Assembly (NCBI RefSeq): GCF_006345805.1
Contig: NC_043003.1
Span: 114,762,001-114,826,000 of the forward strand
DNA: 64,000 bases
Reading direction: 5' to 3'
Origin: Octopus sinensis
Lineage: Eukaryota
Every line of letters starts with the position of its first letter. Positions within the stretch are counted from its first letter, which is position 1. The position numbers and the translations under genes were made by a program. A model generated the notes under the pieces. That model was not told where the DNA came from, did not search any database, and saw only the letters and a list, made by a program, of their open reading frames with translations. Positions 1 through 13,844 of the stretch are shown here, one piece after another.

Positions 1-13
1 TACACATCCAAAT

Positions 14-45
14 ATGTATATGAAAACGTCCATATATGTTGTATA

Positions 46-76
<31 letters not shown>

Positions 77-681
77 AGTATGTATGTGTATGTGTGTGTG
101 TGTGTGTGTGCGTGCGTAGGCATATATGTAATGTCTGCGTATGTGCATGTATGGTGTGTGTGTGTGTGTGCGTACAACATGCCCTATTCAAACTTTTGCT
201 ATAGACTGCCAATATGAACAAGTAATACTAATTCGGCTTGCGTTTAGTAATTACATTATTACTAACGAAAAGCTGAAGGCGTAACATCTGTGTATTTACA
301 CCAACTGTGATGGTAGTTTACACATACACACAGCAGACATCTACGTGAGGAGATATACACTCGCTCACACTTTAAACCTAAGTACATAAGTTTTTGCTGT
401 TGTTGTTGTTGTTGAATATATTCATTTTAAAAACACGTGCGTTTGCAATCACATAAAAACATTCGTACATATATTTATGAGTGTGTTTGTGTGTCTATGT
501 GTATTTATGCATATATATATATGTATATATATATGTGAGTATATATATGTATATATATGTGTGTGCATATATATATATATATATATGTGTGTGTATGTAT
601 ATATATACGTATATATATATATATATATAATATATATGTTGTGTGTGTATGTATATATATATGTGTGTGTGTGTATGTATA

Positions 682-731
<50 letters not shown>

Positions 732-964
732 TATGTATTACATAAATGTGCATAAATACATATAGACACACAAACACACACTCATATATATATACGTACA
801 TGCATAGACATGTGTATGTATCTATGTATGCACAAAGGCATAACACACAATACTCAAACACATACATATTCACAGAAGCGACACGAATACATACGCATCT
901 CATATATACAACTGCAAAACCATTCACATGTGCGCGTGCGTTGTGTGTGTATGTGTGTGCGTGC

Positions 965-995
<31 letters not shown>

Positions 996-1060
996 TTAAA
1001 TATATATAATATATATATATATATTATATATATATATATCACACACAAAGATAGATAATT
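14..1060. repeat. Compound (TA)n/(TG)n microsatellite field
   Basis: Dinucleotide runs throughout; the overlapping YI/CV-rich ORFs are translation artefacts. Confidence 0.95.
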
Positions 1061-1566
1061 TATTTCATATCGGCTCATATTTACATATATCTGAAAATAA
1101 TAATAATAATAATAATGATAAAGCAACACAAAATACTAGTTACTTCCAATTCAAGATAACAAGTCAAATTTCGCTTAATTCCCCACAGGTCTCTCCAGCA
1201 GTTTCGGAAAAAATGTTTAAATATTCATTCAGAGTGTTTGGTGTCAGTTTTGTATATAGATATAATTATCTGCAGCCACGTGGGGGTCTGTTAATAGAGA
1301 TTAATGTTAATCTTGCAAAATTGACATTTTTCAAACCAATTCATTATCTGGACTCCAAGTCATAAGTATGGAGAAACGTTCAACTTTATACATTCATATA
1401 AGGGGGAGGGGGTACAAACAACACATATATATATATATATATATATAAATGTGTGTATATAAATGTACATATATATATACGTACTTATATACATATACTT
1501 ATATGTACATTTATTTACACATATATAATATACATATATATATACATATTTATACATATATATATG

Positions 1567-1618
<52 letters not shown>

Positions 1619-1659
1619 ATATATATAATATATATACATATATTATATATAAAGGGAAA

Positions 1660-1815
1660 GTTTACGAAAATAATCAAAAGATGAAGGCAGGTGGTGTAAA
1701 AACAAACAAATGTATTAGTATTGCGCTCAGGAATAGAACAAGTCTTTTACGTTTCGATCCTACGCTCTTCGACAGAAAGATACACAGAAAAAAAACAAGG
1801 AGAGGAAAAAGTGCT
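1660..1815 (-). mobile_element. Interspersed repeat fragment, probably a Penelope pseudo-LTR, with a decayed hammerhead-like motif at 1741-1776
   Basis: Related copy at 14513-14610. The minus strand reads ctgtcGAAGAG-cgtagg-atc-GAAAC-GTA-aaagac: imperfect core, ACGT palindrome. Confidence 0.45.
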
Positions 1816-2089
1816 ATACATACATATGTACATACCTATATATATATAAACTTCTATATACTTATATACGCACATATATACCTATATATAAACTTATACT
1901 TACATATATTTACATTTATACACATATATATGTATGGAGTTTATAACGAGCAAACTAACAAGGAGTACTCAATACATGTACTAAAGGATTTGTATTGTGT
2001 TTTTTTGTTTCTTATATTACGAAACTGAGACGGCAAGTTTGTCTTGCGACTCGAGTTTCGATAAAAAAAAACAACTATATATATATTCT

Positions 2090-2487
2090 TTAACATGTAT
2101 CAGTCAATAGACTTCGGTCATACTGGAGCAACGCCTTGACGGTTTTAGCTGAATAAATCGGCCTTAATGCTTTTTTTTTATTACATCCAGTACTTATTCT
2201 ATTGGCTGTTTTGCCAAATCACTAAGATACGGGTACGTAAGCAAATCAAATTCAGTTGAAATGCATTAGAGGGGAACCAACAAAAACGCTTAGACACACA
2301 AACACACATACAGAGATAGATATACGACGGGATTCTTTTAGTTTCTGTCTACCAAATTCACTTACAAGGCTTCATTCGTCCAGTGGATACATTGGAAGAC
2401 AAATAGGTAAGGTGCCACTTGTTGGGACTGAACCCAGAGCCATATAGTTAGGAAGCAATCTTCCTACCACTTATCCACGCTTGTGCC
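2090..2487 (-). mobile_element. tRNA-derived SINE family A, degenerate copy
   Basis: Collinear with the better copies at 30930 and 45208. Confidence 0.75.
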
Positions 2488-2675
2488 TATGTAGGAAGTG
2501 GAAGAATTAGAAATTTCAGTGCCATCTTTAACAAACCATTTTCTTTTCCATGTTTCCATTGCTCTTTGGGCCACTCTTCTATGTGACTCAGGCCTTTACG
2601 CAAAGTTAAAATATCGCCTACAGTTCCCCGCTTCCACCATGGCTCCTTCTTTCCAGCCAGTTCACCTACTTAAAT

Positions 2676-3117
2676 GGATCTTTTCGGTTTGAACGGCAAT
2701 TTTTTCTAGCGGTGTCATATGAAATTGTCACCCATAATTATGACCCCAGTATCGATCTATTGCATTTCAATCTGTTTTAGGGTTAGGGTTAGTTAGGGTT
2801 GTTTAGGGTTAGGGTTAGGGGTGGGGGGAAAGGTATCTTTTTTTCTTCACAAATGTAAATAAACCCAATCTGTTTCTTAAACGAGGGACATATTCATACG
2901 GCACTGAATGTTTTTTTACCTCAATGGACGTCAGTGATTGGTTGAAATTGCAGAAATTGAAGAAAAAAAACAACAAATATCTTAAAAACTATAGAATTTT
3001 CTCAATAAAGCCAAGAAAAAAAGATGTTTTATAAACACATTCTACCAGTATACGAAGTTTAAAATTTTTTAGTTACTCAGAAATTGTTAAAAACTGCCGT
3101 TCAAACCGAAAAGATCC
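2676..3117 (+). mobile_element. MITE (GG-terminal TIRs, 8-bp TSD; Merlin- or hAT-like), copy 1
   Basis: TIR GGATCTTTTCGGTTTGAACGGCA at both ends; TSD ACTTAAAT at 2668-2675 and 3118-3125; internal TTAGGG tract at 2777-2820. Confidence 0.92.
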
Positions 3118-3125
3118 ACTTAAAT

Positions 3126-3980
3126 TGAAGCGGATCTGATCAAGTCCCTTGTTTCTGTTAGATCTTTTGTCAGAATGTATTTCAGAATCTCATCAACCTT
3201 TTGGGTCGCGTGTTTCACATTGTTACGGTCGGAGCGTCTTAGATTCACCAGCTTGGACTCTGTCCTTGTAATTCTTTTATCCTCGAGTCTTTTCCTGAGG
3301 TTTCTCTCTTTCTCAGTCATATTCTCTCTTATTTCAGGGTTTTCTACATTCCATTGTTTGGCCCATCTCTCCTCCACTACAACTTCACATTGCCTACACA
3401 TTCACTGATCCTCACCTACGTTACTCTCTTCCAGATTCTCACCACTACAGAGACTTTTCCTGATTCTCTGCATCTGGATCTCATTAAGAAATCCTCTATT
3501 CCGAATTATTCTTGTCCGATTCATGAGTCCATTTTCAGGAATCTGGAACATACCAACTGGTTCCAAAGTTCTAATGATCTTTTTCTGACATCTTTACATT
3601 TGCCTGCTCTTGTCTAGTAAGGCTTGTTCACGGCACTGGATCACCTTTTGGTTCATATCAACAGACCACTTGCGTTTTTAAGCACGTTGCGTAATTTGAC
3701 CAGTACAAGGACTGCGTCTTGAAGTATGGTTAGCAGTTGTTGGATTACGAACGGGCCCACCCTGCTGCACAATGGTGCACCTGCCAGGTGTGGCATCTTC
3801 ACGATTGGTTCTAGTCCTGTTCTCACCGTCATCGTAATTTATTTTTTCTTGGCATTTACTATCACAAATGAAGTATGTTTTTAGGTTACTACTAATCGGT
3901 ATTTTTATCGATAGACCATCTCTACCGAGGTAGTCCGCCAAGGCGGCAGGGTCCTTGCTCCCAGGCTACTTGCTACCCAT
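3126..3980 (-). mobile_element. R4/Dong-clade non-LTR retrotransposon, 5' part, degenerate
   Basis: Minus-strand peptides such as RKRSLELWNQL..RIIRNRGFLNEIQM and KVDEILKYILTKDLTETRDLI resemble the R4 ORF N-terminus; starts next to (AAC)n. Confidence 0.7.
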
Positions 3981-4778
3981 TTGTTGTTGTTGTTGTTGTT
4001 AGAAGCAGCCGATTTTCATTCTAACGACCCAGAACTATGAGTCTCTAATAAAATATTTACCGTATACTTTAGATGTTCCACGTTTTTCACAGTCTTTAAA
4101 GCAGACATATTTGATTTGCTATCCAGCGTTGAATGTAAATCGATATAGTCTATTGGCACCGAAGGTGGGGATTATCTTGATTGTGAAGGTTTTTAGGGTG
4201 ACAGTGCATGGCCTTTTCCTGAACAAGACTTCAATTTATTGCAGGATCTGTCACCAAACGCAACTAAGTTTTAACTGTGCTACTGGATATATGGAAGGAA
4301 ATGTCTTGCTGAAGGAGAGAAGTTACCATTCCACCGAGAGTCAACTATACGACCAAACGACCGCGAGACTAACAGCATTACCAGTTGTTGTTCTATCTTC
4401 ACCATTGAAGATTAAGTTGTCCTACATTTTGAAATGTTGTAATCGTCAAAGTTTGAATGTTGTTCGGTACATCAGGCAGATATTAATAAACTCTAACAAT
4501 GGTAAAACAAAACCCAACATAAAATAGCTGTGTTTCTTCATGTCGAACGTAGTTAATATTCGCATTAAACTGCAATTTCACATGAGTGATTCTCACACAT
4601 TCAATTTCAGTTACAAGACTTGAAGAGTTCAAAGAAAATATTTACTTCTCAAATAGTTTCCTTCACTTGTTATTTCCCAATATAGGCGGAGTAGAAGAGG
4701 CAACATATATTGTCCCTCATATTCATCTAACCAATGAAAGAACAACAAAAATGCTCTTTAAACATCTAACTGTCTCCC

Positions 4779-5022
<244 letters not shown>

Positions 5023-5833
5023 TTGATTTTGTAATCAAATTTCTTTAATGTTATTCTACGAATGCCATTTTCTCTTCCACCTTTCCTGCGCCTCCTGCTA
5101 GAAATTCTGTTATATCTAACATCAATTGAGCGAGCGAAAGAATATATTTTTCAATTTATGTCTAGAAATAATATTGTCTAGAAATAATATTGTCAAGAAA
5201 CATCAAAAACAAAAAATTCTTTCAGTGCGCCAACTTATCTTCTCTGTTAAATTCTTCGAAGAATTCCTTGACGATTATCATCTTCATTGTTCCCCATTGT
5301 CCTTCATAATGTTTTATTATCTGACTCCTTTGTCGAATTACCTTCTAAATTTTTTTTGGTAACCAGGTCCAACTATTTCGACAGGTAATATCTACACAAG
5401 AACACACGCAGTCATGCTTCTTTTCGGTGACCATATTTGTCTTTTGCGCAAAATGTATCCTGTTCGGTATTGTGTCTTTAATGTCTCAATATTTCTTTAG
5501 AATTGGATGCCTTTATATATTTTCGAGTCCAAATGAGTCATATATTAGCCTCAGCCCTAATCTTATCTCTTGTGTCTAACTTACATGAGGCGATACATTG
5601 TTGTGGTTTGGTTTCATGCTGGAAAAGAAATTTCCTCAGTCTGTCTCCCGATGTTTATAGGATAAATAAATGCTTCTAAACGCGTCGCTTATTTATCATA
5701 TATTTTCAATGTTTTATGCCGTTGAGATTTATTTCACAGACTTAGAATGGGCAGAAGATAAAATTCTTTATTCGGGGATTTTTTTGGTAAACAAACCGAA
5801 CAAAAGATTCCGATGCGTGCGCATTCACATGCC

Positions 5834-6212
5834 TTTTATCGTTTACTTGTCATTAGACTGCGGCCATGCTAGGGCACCGCATTGAAGAATTTTAGTTGAA
5901 CGTTTCGACTCTTGTACTCTTTTTTAAAGTCTGGCACTTATTCTATTCGTCCATTTTACCAAACAGCTAAGTTACGGAGACGTAAACACACTATCACTGG
6001 TTGTCAATCGGGGGCTGAGGGCAAAAACAAAACAAGAGAGCACACACACACACATATATATATAACAGGCTTCTTTCTGTTTCTGTGTACCAAATCCACT
6101 CAAATATAGCCTGAGACTATAGTAGAAGGCACTTGCACAAGGGATCACAAGGGATCAAGAATGAACATGTGGTTGCGAAAGAAATTTCTTATCACACAGC
6201 CACGCCTGCACC
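5834..6212 (-). mobile_element. SINE family A
   Basis: Tail motif gactgcggccatgct and head motif cacacagccac both present. Confidence 0.8.
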
Positions 6213-6639
6213 CATATAGCCAGAGATATCATTAGACCGTGACCCAGAGGAGGATTCGTATTGCCGTGTGCTACATGAGGGGTTAGTTACGGGTTGAACA
6301 CAACCATAAATCAACATAACCGTCAACAAATGTGAAGTAAGCATCAATTATATAAATATGAATCAGATTGTGGAGACAATGTTTAAGGCAGTAAATATTG
6401 TTTGGTGCGTAATTAAAAAACACTGAAAAATTATTGTCAGTTTAATAATATTGTTATGTAGGGGAGGCAAACGCTTGTCATGTGTCTTCATCACATAATC
6501 TTAATAGTGAGCCCTAGGCTATTAGTTGGAGAGAGGTGCTTAGCTTTATAAATAACAACAATAACAATAATAATATTGACGTTGAGAATGATGATGATAA
6601 TGATAATAATAATAATAATAATAATAAAATTAATAATAA

Positions 6640-6985
6640 TAATGGAAAAAATGGAATGATGCCGCATGAGCAGAAGGGTTGCATGCGTAAGTGCAGAGGT
6701 ATCAACTCCTGGTAGACAAGACTGTACTTAGAGACTACAAGAGGAGGAAAACTAGCTTAGCCATGGCATGGATCGATTGTCGTAAGGCGTGCGATATGAT
6801 CCCACATTCATGGATTATGGAATGTATGAACCTATTTGATATTGCATCGAATGTTGAGCGATTGTTTGGAAAAAGTATGGCGAAGTGGAGGACGGAACTA
6901 CAGCTTATTGAAGAAGCTTAGGGACAGTAGAAATCAAGAGAGGTATCTTCCAAGGGGACTGCCTGTCCCCACTAATCTTTGGGTA
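6640..6985 (+). mobile_element. R4/Dong-clade RT fragment
   Basis: EQKGC...QLLVDKTVLRDYKRRKTSLAMAWIDCRKACDMIPHSWI...EIKRGIFQGDCLSP, frameshifted; these are typical R4 RT motifs. Confidence 0.88.
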
Positions 6986-6999
6986 TATATTCAAAAGCC

Positions 7000-7665
7000 G
7001 CCAACTAATATTCTGCTCAATACCAGATTTGCTTGTTGTTTTACTGTTTTACATTCTCTTAGTGGCCGACGATATATGCACCTTTGATCACGTGCATGAG
7101 GGAGCATCATAGTCATGTGTTGAGAGGAATTCTTTTGGGTTTGGACAATTCACCTCTGGAAACATGCGTAGTTTGTTCAACATCCTTAAACAACCCTTAT
7201 TCAAGGATCATTTCAGCGGGATGGGCTACTCGACCTGAAGAAAATTCTAACTGGGCCCCACCTGCAAGGTCATGCGCTGTTAATCTTGATATAATATTAC
7301 CGTGTCGCGCACATATATTTCTTTACTACCCACAAGGTGCTAAACACAGAGGGGACAAACAAGGACATACAAAGGGATTAAGTCGATTCCATCGACCCCA
7401 GTGCGTAACTGGTACTTTATTTATCGACCCCGAAAGGATGAAAGGCAAATTCGACCTCGGCGGAATTTGAACTCAGAACGTAACGGCAGACGAAATACGG
7501 CTCTGCATTTCGCCCGGCGTGCTAACGTTTCTGCCAGCTCGCCGCCTTCGAAATATGGTTGTGATGCATGTGCCTGATGTACACTTAGACGGGTAGTCAT
7601 GATGTGTATACTGGGCTTCGTATATTTCACCCCAGTGTCACTTTGATGGCTTGCACTGCTCTCTC
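7000..7665 (-). repeat. Unclassified interspersed repeat (family C, about 450 bp) interrupted by SINE B
   Basis: Reverse-complement match to 21090-21530 once 7316-7546 is removed. Confidence 0.8.
7316..7546 (-). mobile_element. SINE family B
   Basis: Reverse complement of 46292-46522; head GGCGGCGAGCTGGCAGAAACGTTAGC with B-box-like GAGTTCAAATTCC. Confidence 0.9.
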
Positions 7666-8326
7666 ACTCAATAATAATAATAACGGTGATGGTGATGATG
7701 ATGATGACGACGACAACCACAACAACGTGGTCGTGAGTGACAACAAAGGAACAATACGAAAACCAGGCCATAAAAACATACAATTGACGCATGCGTGCTT
7801 AGTCCTCTTATGTTGCGAACCAAATCTCGCCACAATTTCGACGTTTTTTGACAATTGTTGCGATAATCTTTGAAACACCGAGGGGGACATTGATAATCCT
7901 TGCTTCTGTTCAGATTGACCGTTGCTCGTCACATGGGTATTGGCAGCCATCATTTTTCTGGCGTGTGTTTGTAGTTTCGCTTATTAAAATGATACTGGTT
8001 TCCACAGTGTTGCAATGAATTCTGGTGCAGCATTTGGGGAAATGCTGAGTTTTGTTGAATGTTGTGTTTATGATGGATTTAGTTATAAAGGTCAGAGTAA
8101 CATTTGTCGTTGGGCTTGTGATAGACGTTTTGGCATTTTTTTATGGCTGTGATGCTGTGGTGTTCATTGTGATGCTTCTTGGATCAACTGCAGTAGCATT
8201 AATCCGCCGTGCTGGCTGTTTAGCTTCGAGTTAACACTTATAGGGAATATCTATAAAGACATTTCTTACCATGGGCTTGCTATTTCTTATTTTCAGATAT
8301 TGTCAATCTAAAGCAATATTAATTAA

Positions 8327-8710
8327 ATGGAAGCACTCCGTCGGTTACGACGACGAGGGTTCCGGTTGATCCGAATCAACGGAACAGCCTGCTCGTGAAA
8401 TTAACGTGTAAGTGGCTGAGCACTCTACAGACACGTGTACCCTTAACGTAGTTCTCGGGGATATTCAGCGTGACACAGAGAGTTACAAGGCCGGCCCCTT
8501 GAAATACAGGTACAACAGAAACAGGAAGTAAAAGTGAGAGAAAGTTGTGGTGAAAGAGTACAGCAGGGATCACCACCATCCCCTGCCGGAGCCTCGTGGA
8601 GCTTTAGGTGTTTTCGCTCAATAAACATTCACAACGCCCGGTCTGGCAATCGAAACCGCGATCCTACGACCGCGAGTCCGCTGCCCTAACCACTGGGCCA
8701 TTGCGCCTCC
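8327..8710 (-). mobile_element. tRNA-derived SINE family D with 12-bp TSD
   Basis: Head GGAGGCGCAATGGCCCAGTGGTTAGGGCAGCGGACTCGCGGTCGTAGGATCGCGGTTTCGATT; TSD AATATTAATTAA at 8315-8326 and 8711-8722. Confidence 0.92.
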
Positions 8711-10079
8711 AATATTAATTAACAGTTACGTTCAAAGAAGTTAATGAGACAATTGATTACAATTTCATTGTTAATTATTAGATTGTTTGACCACATAGAG
8801 ACTCCTGGATTGTATCATCGTCACTCTTGTTATGGTGCTCATTGTGTTTGTGCGTGTGATCATATTTCTAGTATTATATTTTACCAATTAGTTAGAGAGG
8901 AAAAGACGACTCACGTGGAATTAGTCATATAGATCCGCTGAGGTTGTAGGAAAAAGGAAGATAGAAGTTATCCTCGAAACAGAGAGGTCAGGCCCGAATG
9001 TTTGCCAGACAATGATATCTCTTAAAGGTATCATAACGGTGGCACTAAGGTGGGGTCACGAAGGTATTAAACCAGTGGCAGATGAAGTCTATCTCCCAAA
9101 ATTTCAGGACATAAAGTGCTCCAACGAACACAGTTAGGTACCCCGCTGATATTCTAATAATTCTGCCATTTCGCTGTGTTGTTTGCGTTGTGTAGAATAT
9201 TCCTGCCTGTGTTGGTTTCTCTGATGCGATGAGGTTTGTTGATTTGTGTGTGTTTGTGGCGGAGATGAGGCTAGTTTCACTTGTGGTCGTTGTGTCTAAT
9301 ACTAGAAGAGCTCTGATGGAGCAGACCTGTGACCAAAAGCATTTCGAATGTGGCCATCCCGTTTATTTGTAATGTGGAGGGAAATAGAAAAAGTAAAACA
9401 TTATTTAATGGCTCTGGTTTTCTAAACAATAGAGTTTGATTGAAAGAAGATTTGTCTGTTATTTTTAGCAGATTAGACGACCATATAGAAGTTCTCCCTT
9501 TGGATCGGGTGTTGTTTGTGGTGTTGGTGTTAAAAGTATGAAAACAATATGGAGAAAGAGTAGTTAAGGAAGAGAAATGATTATAGACAACAGCAGTGCA
9601 AGGGTTGGGGTAAGAATATATGAAGAGATATCGAGAGTGGGGTGAGAGACAGGCAGACAGACAGAAAAAAAAAACAGGGAGACAGAGAGATGGGGTGAGA
9701 GAGAGAGAGAGGGTGAGAAAGCAAGAGTGAGTATGTAAGAATGCAAGTGAAGAATCCAGAATTGGTGAAAGGAGTGTAAATTGTAGCTCGATCTGATCAC
9801 TGTTGTTGTTAAATTGTCACGGTTGAATGATCATAAGGTATGCAGTGAAATGTGCAAAGCAGGGTGGAGAAAGTTGGTATGCAAGGGAAAGGAGCATTCT
9901 AGAAATTGCGTGTATGTGTGTGTGTGTGTGTGTGTGAGGTGTTATAGGGTGCAATAGCATGAAGTGCAAATGTTGTTGGTGGCGAGGGGTTGGGGTGAGG
10001 TTAGGAGATTAAATTAAGGAGCAATGCATTACTTGAAGTAGTGATTAGAATACAAAGAGGATCTGGGTGGACAGAGTGA

Positions 10080-10490
10080 TGGAGTGGAGAGAGAGAGAGA
10101 GAGAGAGAGAGAGGAAGAAAGGGGGAGAAGGAGCAGGAGGGAGAGAGAAGTTTAGGCGGTTATAGAGAGAAAGGCGCAGATAGAAAATAGACGGAATAGA
10201 AGGGGTAGTGGGGAGAAGGAGAAGAAAATGAGGGCCAAATGTTGTGAAATAAATGTAGGAAAATATGTTGAACAAACACAATCAGAGAGGGGGGGAGAGA
10301 GGGGGAGAGAGGGGGAGAGAGAGAAGAAGAGAGAGGGTGGAAGAGAGAGAGGGGAAGAGAGAGAGGGTAGAAGAGAGAGAGGGGAAGAGAGAGCGGGAAA
10401 GAGAGAGGGGGAAGAGAGAGGGGGAAGGGAAAGTGGGGGGAGGGAAAGAGGAGGAAGAGGCAGACAGAGAGAGAGAGAGAGAGAGAGAGA
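10080..10490. repeat. Purine-rich (GA)n low-complexity tract; similar tract at 11820-12190
   Basis: Direct reading. Confidence 0.92.
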
Positions 10491-11227
10491 AGGAATTTGA
10501 GTTAAAGTGGTATGTAATTAAAGAGAGGGTGCAATTGAGGTATATAGTAAATAAGAGTGGATGAAATATGCATAGATATATATATGTGTGTATATATATA
10601 TATATATTATGATTATATATGCATGTACGTATGTATGTATGTATGTATAGTGTGACTTTCAATATTTTCGAAGGGCCCGATTGCCATATTTCATTCTCTC
10701 CTTACATGTGTTCTGTCTTTGACATGTTTTGAATATTAAACCAATGACATCTCCCAATCATGTCGACGATTTGTGCTTTCTCCGTTTCATGTATGATATA
10801 CTTCCACAGATTCTGATTCGCTTGTTGTGAGATACTTTAATGAGTGTATATATGTTTATATGTACCTTTGACTGAGTATAAGTGAGAGAGTGTGTGTGGG
10901 GGGTGCTTGTGTTTTCGTGTGTGTATACAGGGACACATTTAAATATTTCCCGAATAAATGTGCTTGTTTTAGTTCTAGTTATTTGCGTATAAAATTATTC
11001 TCCTTATAAGGCACCCTCTATATACATATATGTATGTATGTATGTATATATACATATATATAAGTATATATGTATACATATATACAACTCTTTTTTTTCG
11101 TTTTTAAAAAAAGTCCGTTTCCCTGTTTGCTTTTATCTTTTCGTTTCTCGCTGTGTTCTACGTTTTTACTCTGCTATGTATTGAGTACCTTATTTACTGT
11201 GGTTAACCCCGACTCAACCCGGGACCG

Positions 11228-11261
<34 letters not shown>

Positions 11262-12489
11262 ATATACATATAGATGTAGGTATGTACATATATGTATGTA
11301 TGTATGCATATGTTTTATTTGTTAAATTGTTTTATGACTGAGCGCCTCGCGTCGTTTCTTATCCTCCAAGTAAGTTTCTATGTGTGTATATATATATAAG
11401 CATTTTTATGTATATAGACCTACATGTATATGCATATACGCTCACAGGCACACACACACACACACACATACACACCGGGTGTAAAGTAATGTGGGACGAA
11501 CGTCTGTAGAAATATCGTTTTGAGTTCACATCGATGTGATGTCAAAGTGAACTTTCTGTATTAGTCTGTTGTTGAGAAAATAAAGTGCATGCCTCGTGGT
11601 GGAGCCGATTTAATATTGTCATAATGGGTTCTAGACATAAATGGTATTATAATAGAATAGCAAGTCTCAGATAATAATTAGAAAGAAGAGTGAGAGATAC
11701 GGAGGAAGTAAGGAGCAGACGAAGATGGCAAAACGATGAGACTGGAGCGAGTAAAGTCGAGCCAGAAAAGAAAAACATATTTATTAAACGTATTTATTTA
11801 GAAAATCAAGGAGGGTGTGGTGGGAGAGAGAGAGAGAGAGAGAGAGAAAGAGTGGGTGAGTGAGTGAGAGGGGGAGAGGGTGTCTGTGAGAGAGAAAGAA
11901 CGAACGTGAGAGAAAATGGAGAGAATGAAAGAGAGAGATAGGCAGAAAGACAGAAGAAGAAAGAAAGAAGAGAGAGAGAGAGAGAGAGAGAGAAAGGGAG
12001 TGAATGAATCAGGAAGAGGGAGGAAGAGAGAGAGAGAGAACAAAAGAGGGCGACAGAAAAGAAGATCATAAAAAAGTGTGTGTGGCTGAAAGTGATAGCG
12101 AGAGAGAGAGAGAGAGAAAGAAAAGAAAAAGTGTGCGCATGTGTGTGAGAGAGAGAGAGAGAGAGAAGTGAGAGAGAGAATGAGAGGTAGAAAGAATGAT
12201 GTAATATGCAATGTGTGAGCAACTGTTTATGTATGTTAAATCAGTAATTAATGAAGTTTTGAGAGAGAAAACTAAAATGTGAGAACTTCTAAAAGCGACT
12301 GAAGAGAATTTAATGGCTGTAATGAGGCCCCGATTGGAGAAACACCTCCGACGTCAAGACCAACCTTCAGATAGCAAAACAAACACTGAAACAAGGTGGG
12401 AGGGGTGCAAAACAAATATGTGTTAGAATGTGTATAGCAGGCCTCCAAAAGTATATATACAGAGTTTAACAATGGATAATCCGACGTGC

Positions 12490-12810
12490 TTGTTGTTTAG
12501 CTTCGAGTTAACCCTGATAGGGAATATCTATAAAGACATTTCTTACCATGGGCTTGCTATCTCTTATTTTCAGATATTGTTAATCTGAAGCAATATTAAT
12601 TAACAGTTACGTTCGAAGAAGTTAATGAGACAATTGACGACAATTTCATTGTTAATTATTAGATTGTTTGACCACATAGAGACTCCTGGATTGTATCATC
12701 GTCACTCATGTCTTGTTGTGGTGCTCATTGTGTTTGTGCGTGTGTTCCTATTTTTAGTATTATATTTTACCAATTAGTTAGAGAGGAAAATACGACTCAC
12801 GTGGAATTTC
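12490..12810 (+). repeat. Paralogue of 8215-8326 + 8723-8920 lacking the SINE D insertion
   Basis: Near-collinear sequence with a single AATATTAATTAA at the insertion point. Confidence 0.9.
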
Positions 12811-12829
12811 TTTTTAACTCAATTTCTTA

Positions 12830-13745
12830 GAAATAATGAAGGAAGTCAAACTAAGCTTTGAACAAAGTGCTACTCGAAGTTTAGAAAGGCAGTCGAAGAT
12901 AATTTTGAAGCAGATGGAACTGTTTAGAATGTCCACAGAAAAGGTTACGAAAGACTGCCTACGTATGTGAGGTCCACAAATCAACGAATGATATTGAAAA
13001 AGTTTTGCCAAATTTCCTGAAAATCTCGTGCGTGAAGGGAATCGTGGGATAGAAATTTCAAGTGTTGTCATTGCAAAAGTCACATTCCAAGAAATGACCA
13101 TACTCTCTAAGGAGATGATCCGACGAAGATTAGTGTTTTGCGATTGGTACTTGTCAAGATGTGTAGAAGATGAACACTTTCCAACAAAAATTGCTTGGAC
13201 TGAGGAGAATCTGTATGTTACCGAAGAATATCATGTTAATTTATGAAGAGTTACAATAGTGTGGAGCTTGTCATCAAAGGGATTAATTAATTATTTTTTA
13301 ACGGTAGCGTTACTAATTTCATTATTTTAACTTGTTGCGACAATCTGTTACGTCAAACATTTAAGAGGAATATGATGAGGAGGAGATATCTGCCGCAAGA
13401 TGGGGCTTCCAAACAGTACTATGATAATGTAAAACGACCTTCATTGGATTTTGTCAAGCAAGACATTCAGAAGAATAACCTCTGTGTTCATCGGATATAG
13501 CACCTCTAGACATATTATGGGAATACAACAATGTCTAGATGTGGCAGCCATTGAACGGAAATGAACACAAATACAGAAGCGATTCCATTGCTTTGTCTTC
13601 TCAGCAGTGTCAGGACAAGAACAGTTCATAAAAAAAAATTAATTTGTCTTTTGGTTCAATAAATTTAGAAAATGAAATGTATTTTAATAAACACTGACTT
13701 TATAATCTGCCAATGTGCATACGCACTTTTTGGGATCACCGTTCT
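12830..13745 (+). mobile_element. Tc1/mariner-superfamily transposase remnant
   Basis: RRRLVFCDWYLSRCVEDEHFPTKIAWTEE and QDGAS resemble IS630-Tc1-mariner catalytic motifs; TIR-like end acttttttgggatcacc near 13725-13740. Confidence 0.7.
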
Positions 13746-13844
13746 CATATATATATGAATAAATAAATGGAGTTTAACGCAGTTATAAATAAAATATTTT
13801 TACTTTCGACACACGTTTCGAAAATGCCACAGATACTATTCAAA

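Noticed and set aside
2777-2820. TTAGGG tract as a telomere or fusion scar
   Set aside because: It is internal cargo of a MITE present four times in the window.
4030-4780. Non-repetitive segment with a 138-aa ORF (4111-4527)
   Set aside because: No recognisable domain in any frame, TTG start, no clear splice structure; left uncalled.
8630-8710. tRNA-like sequences at SINE heads (also about 31300-31375 and 45545-45619)
   Set aside because: They continue into SINE bodies and lack a proper acceptor stem; not tRNA genes.
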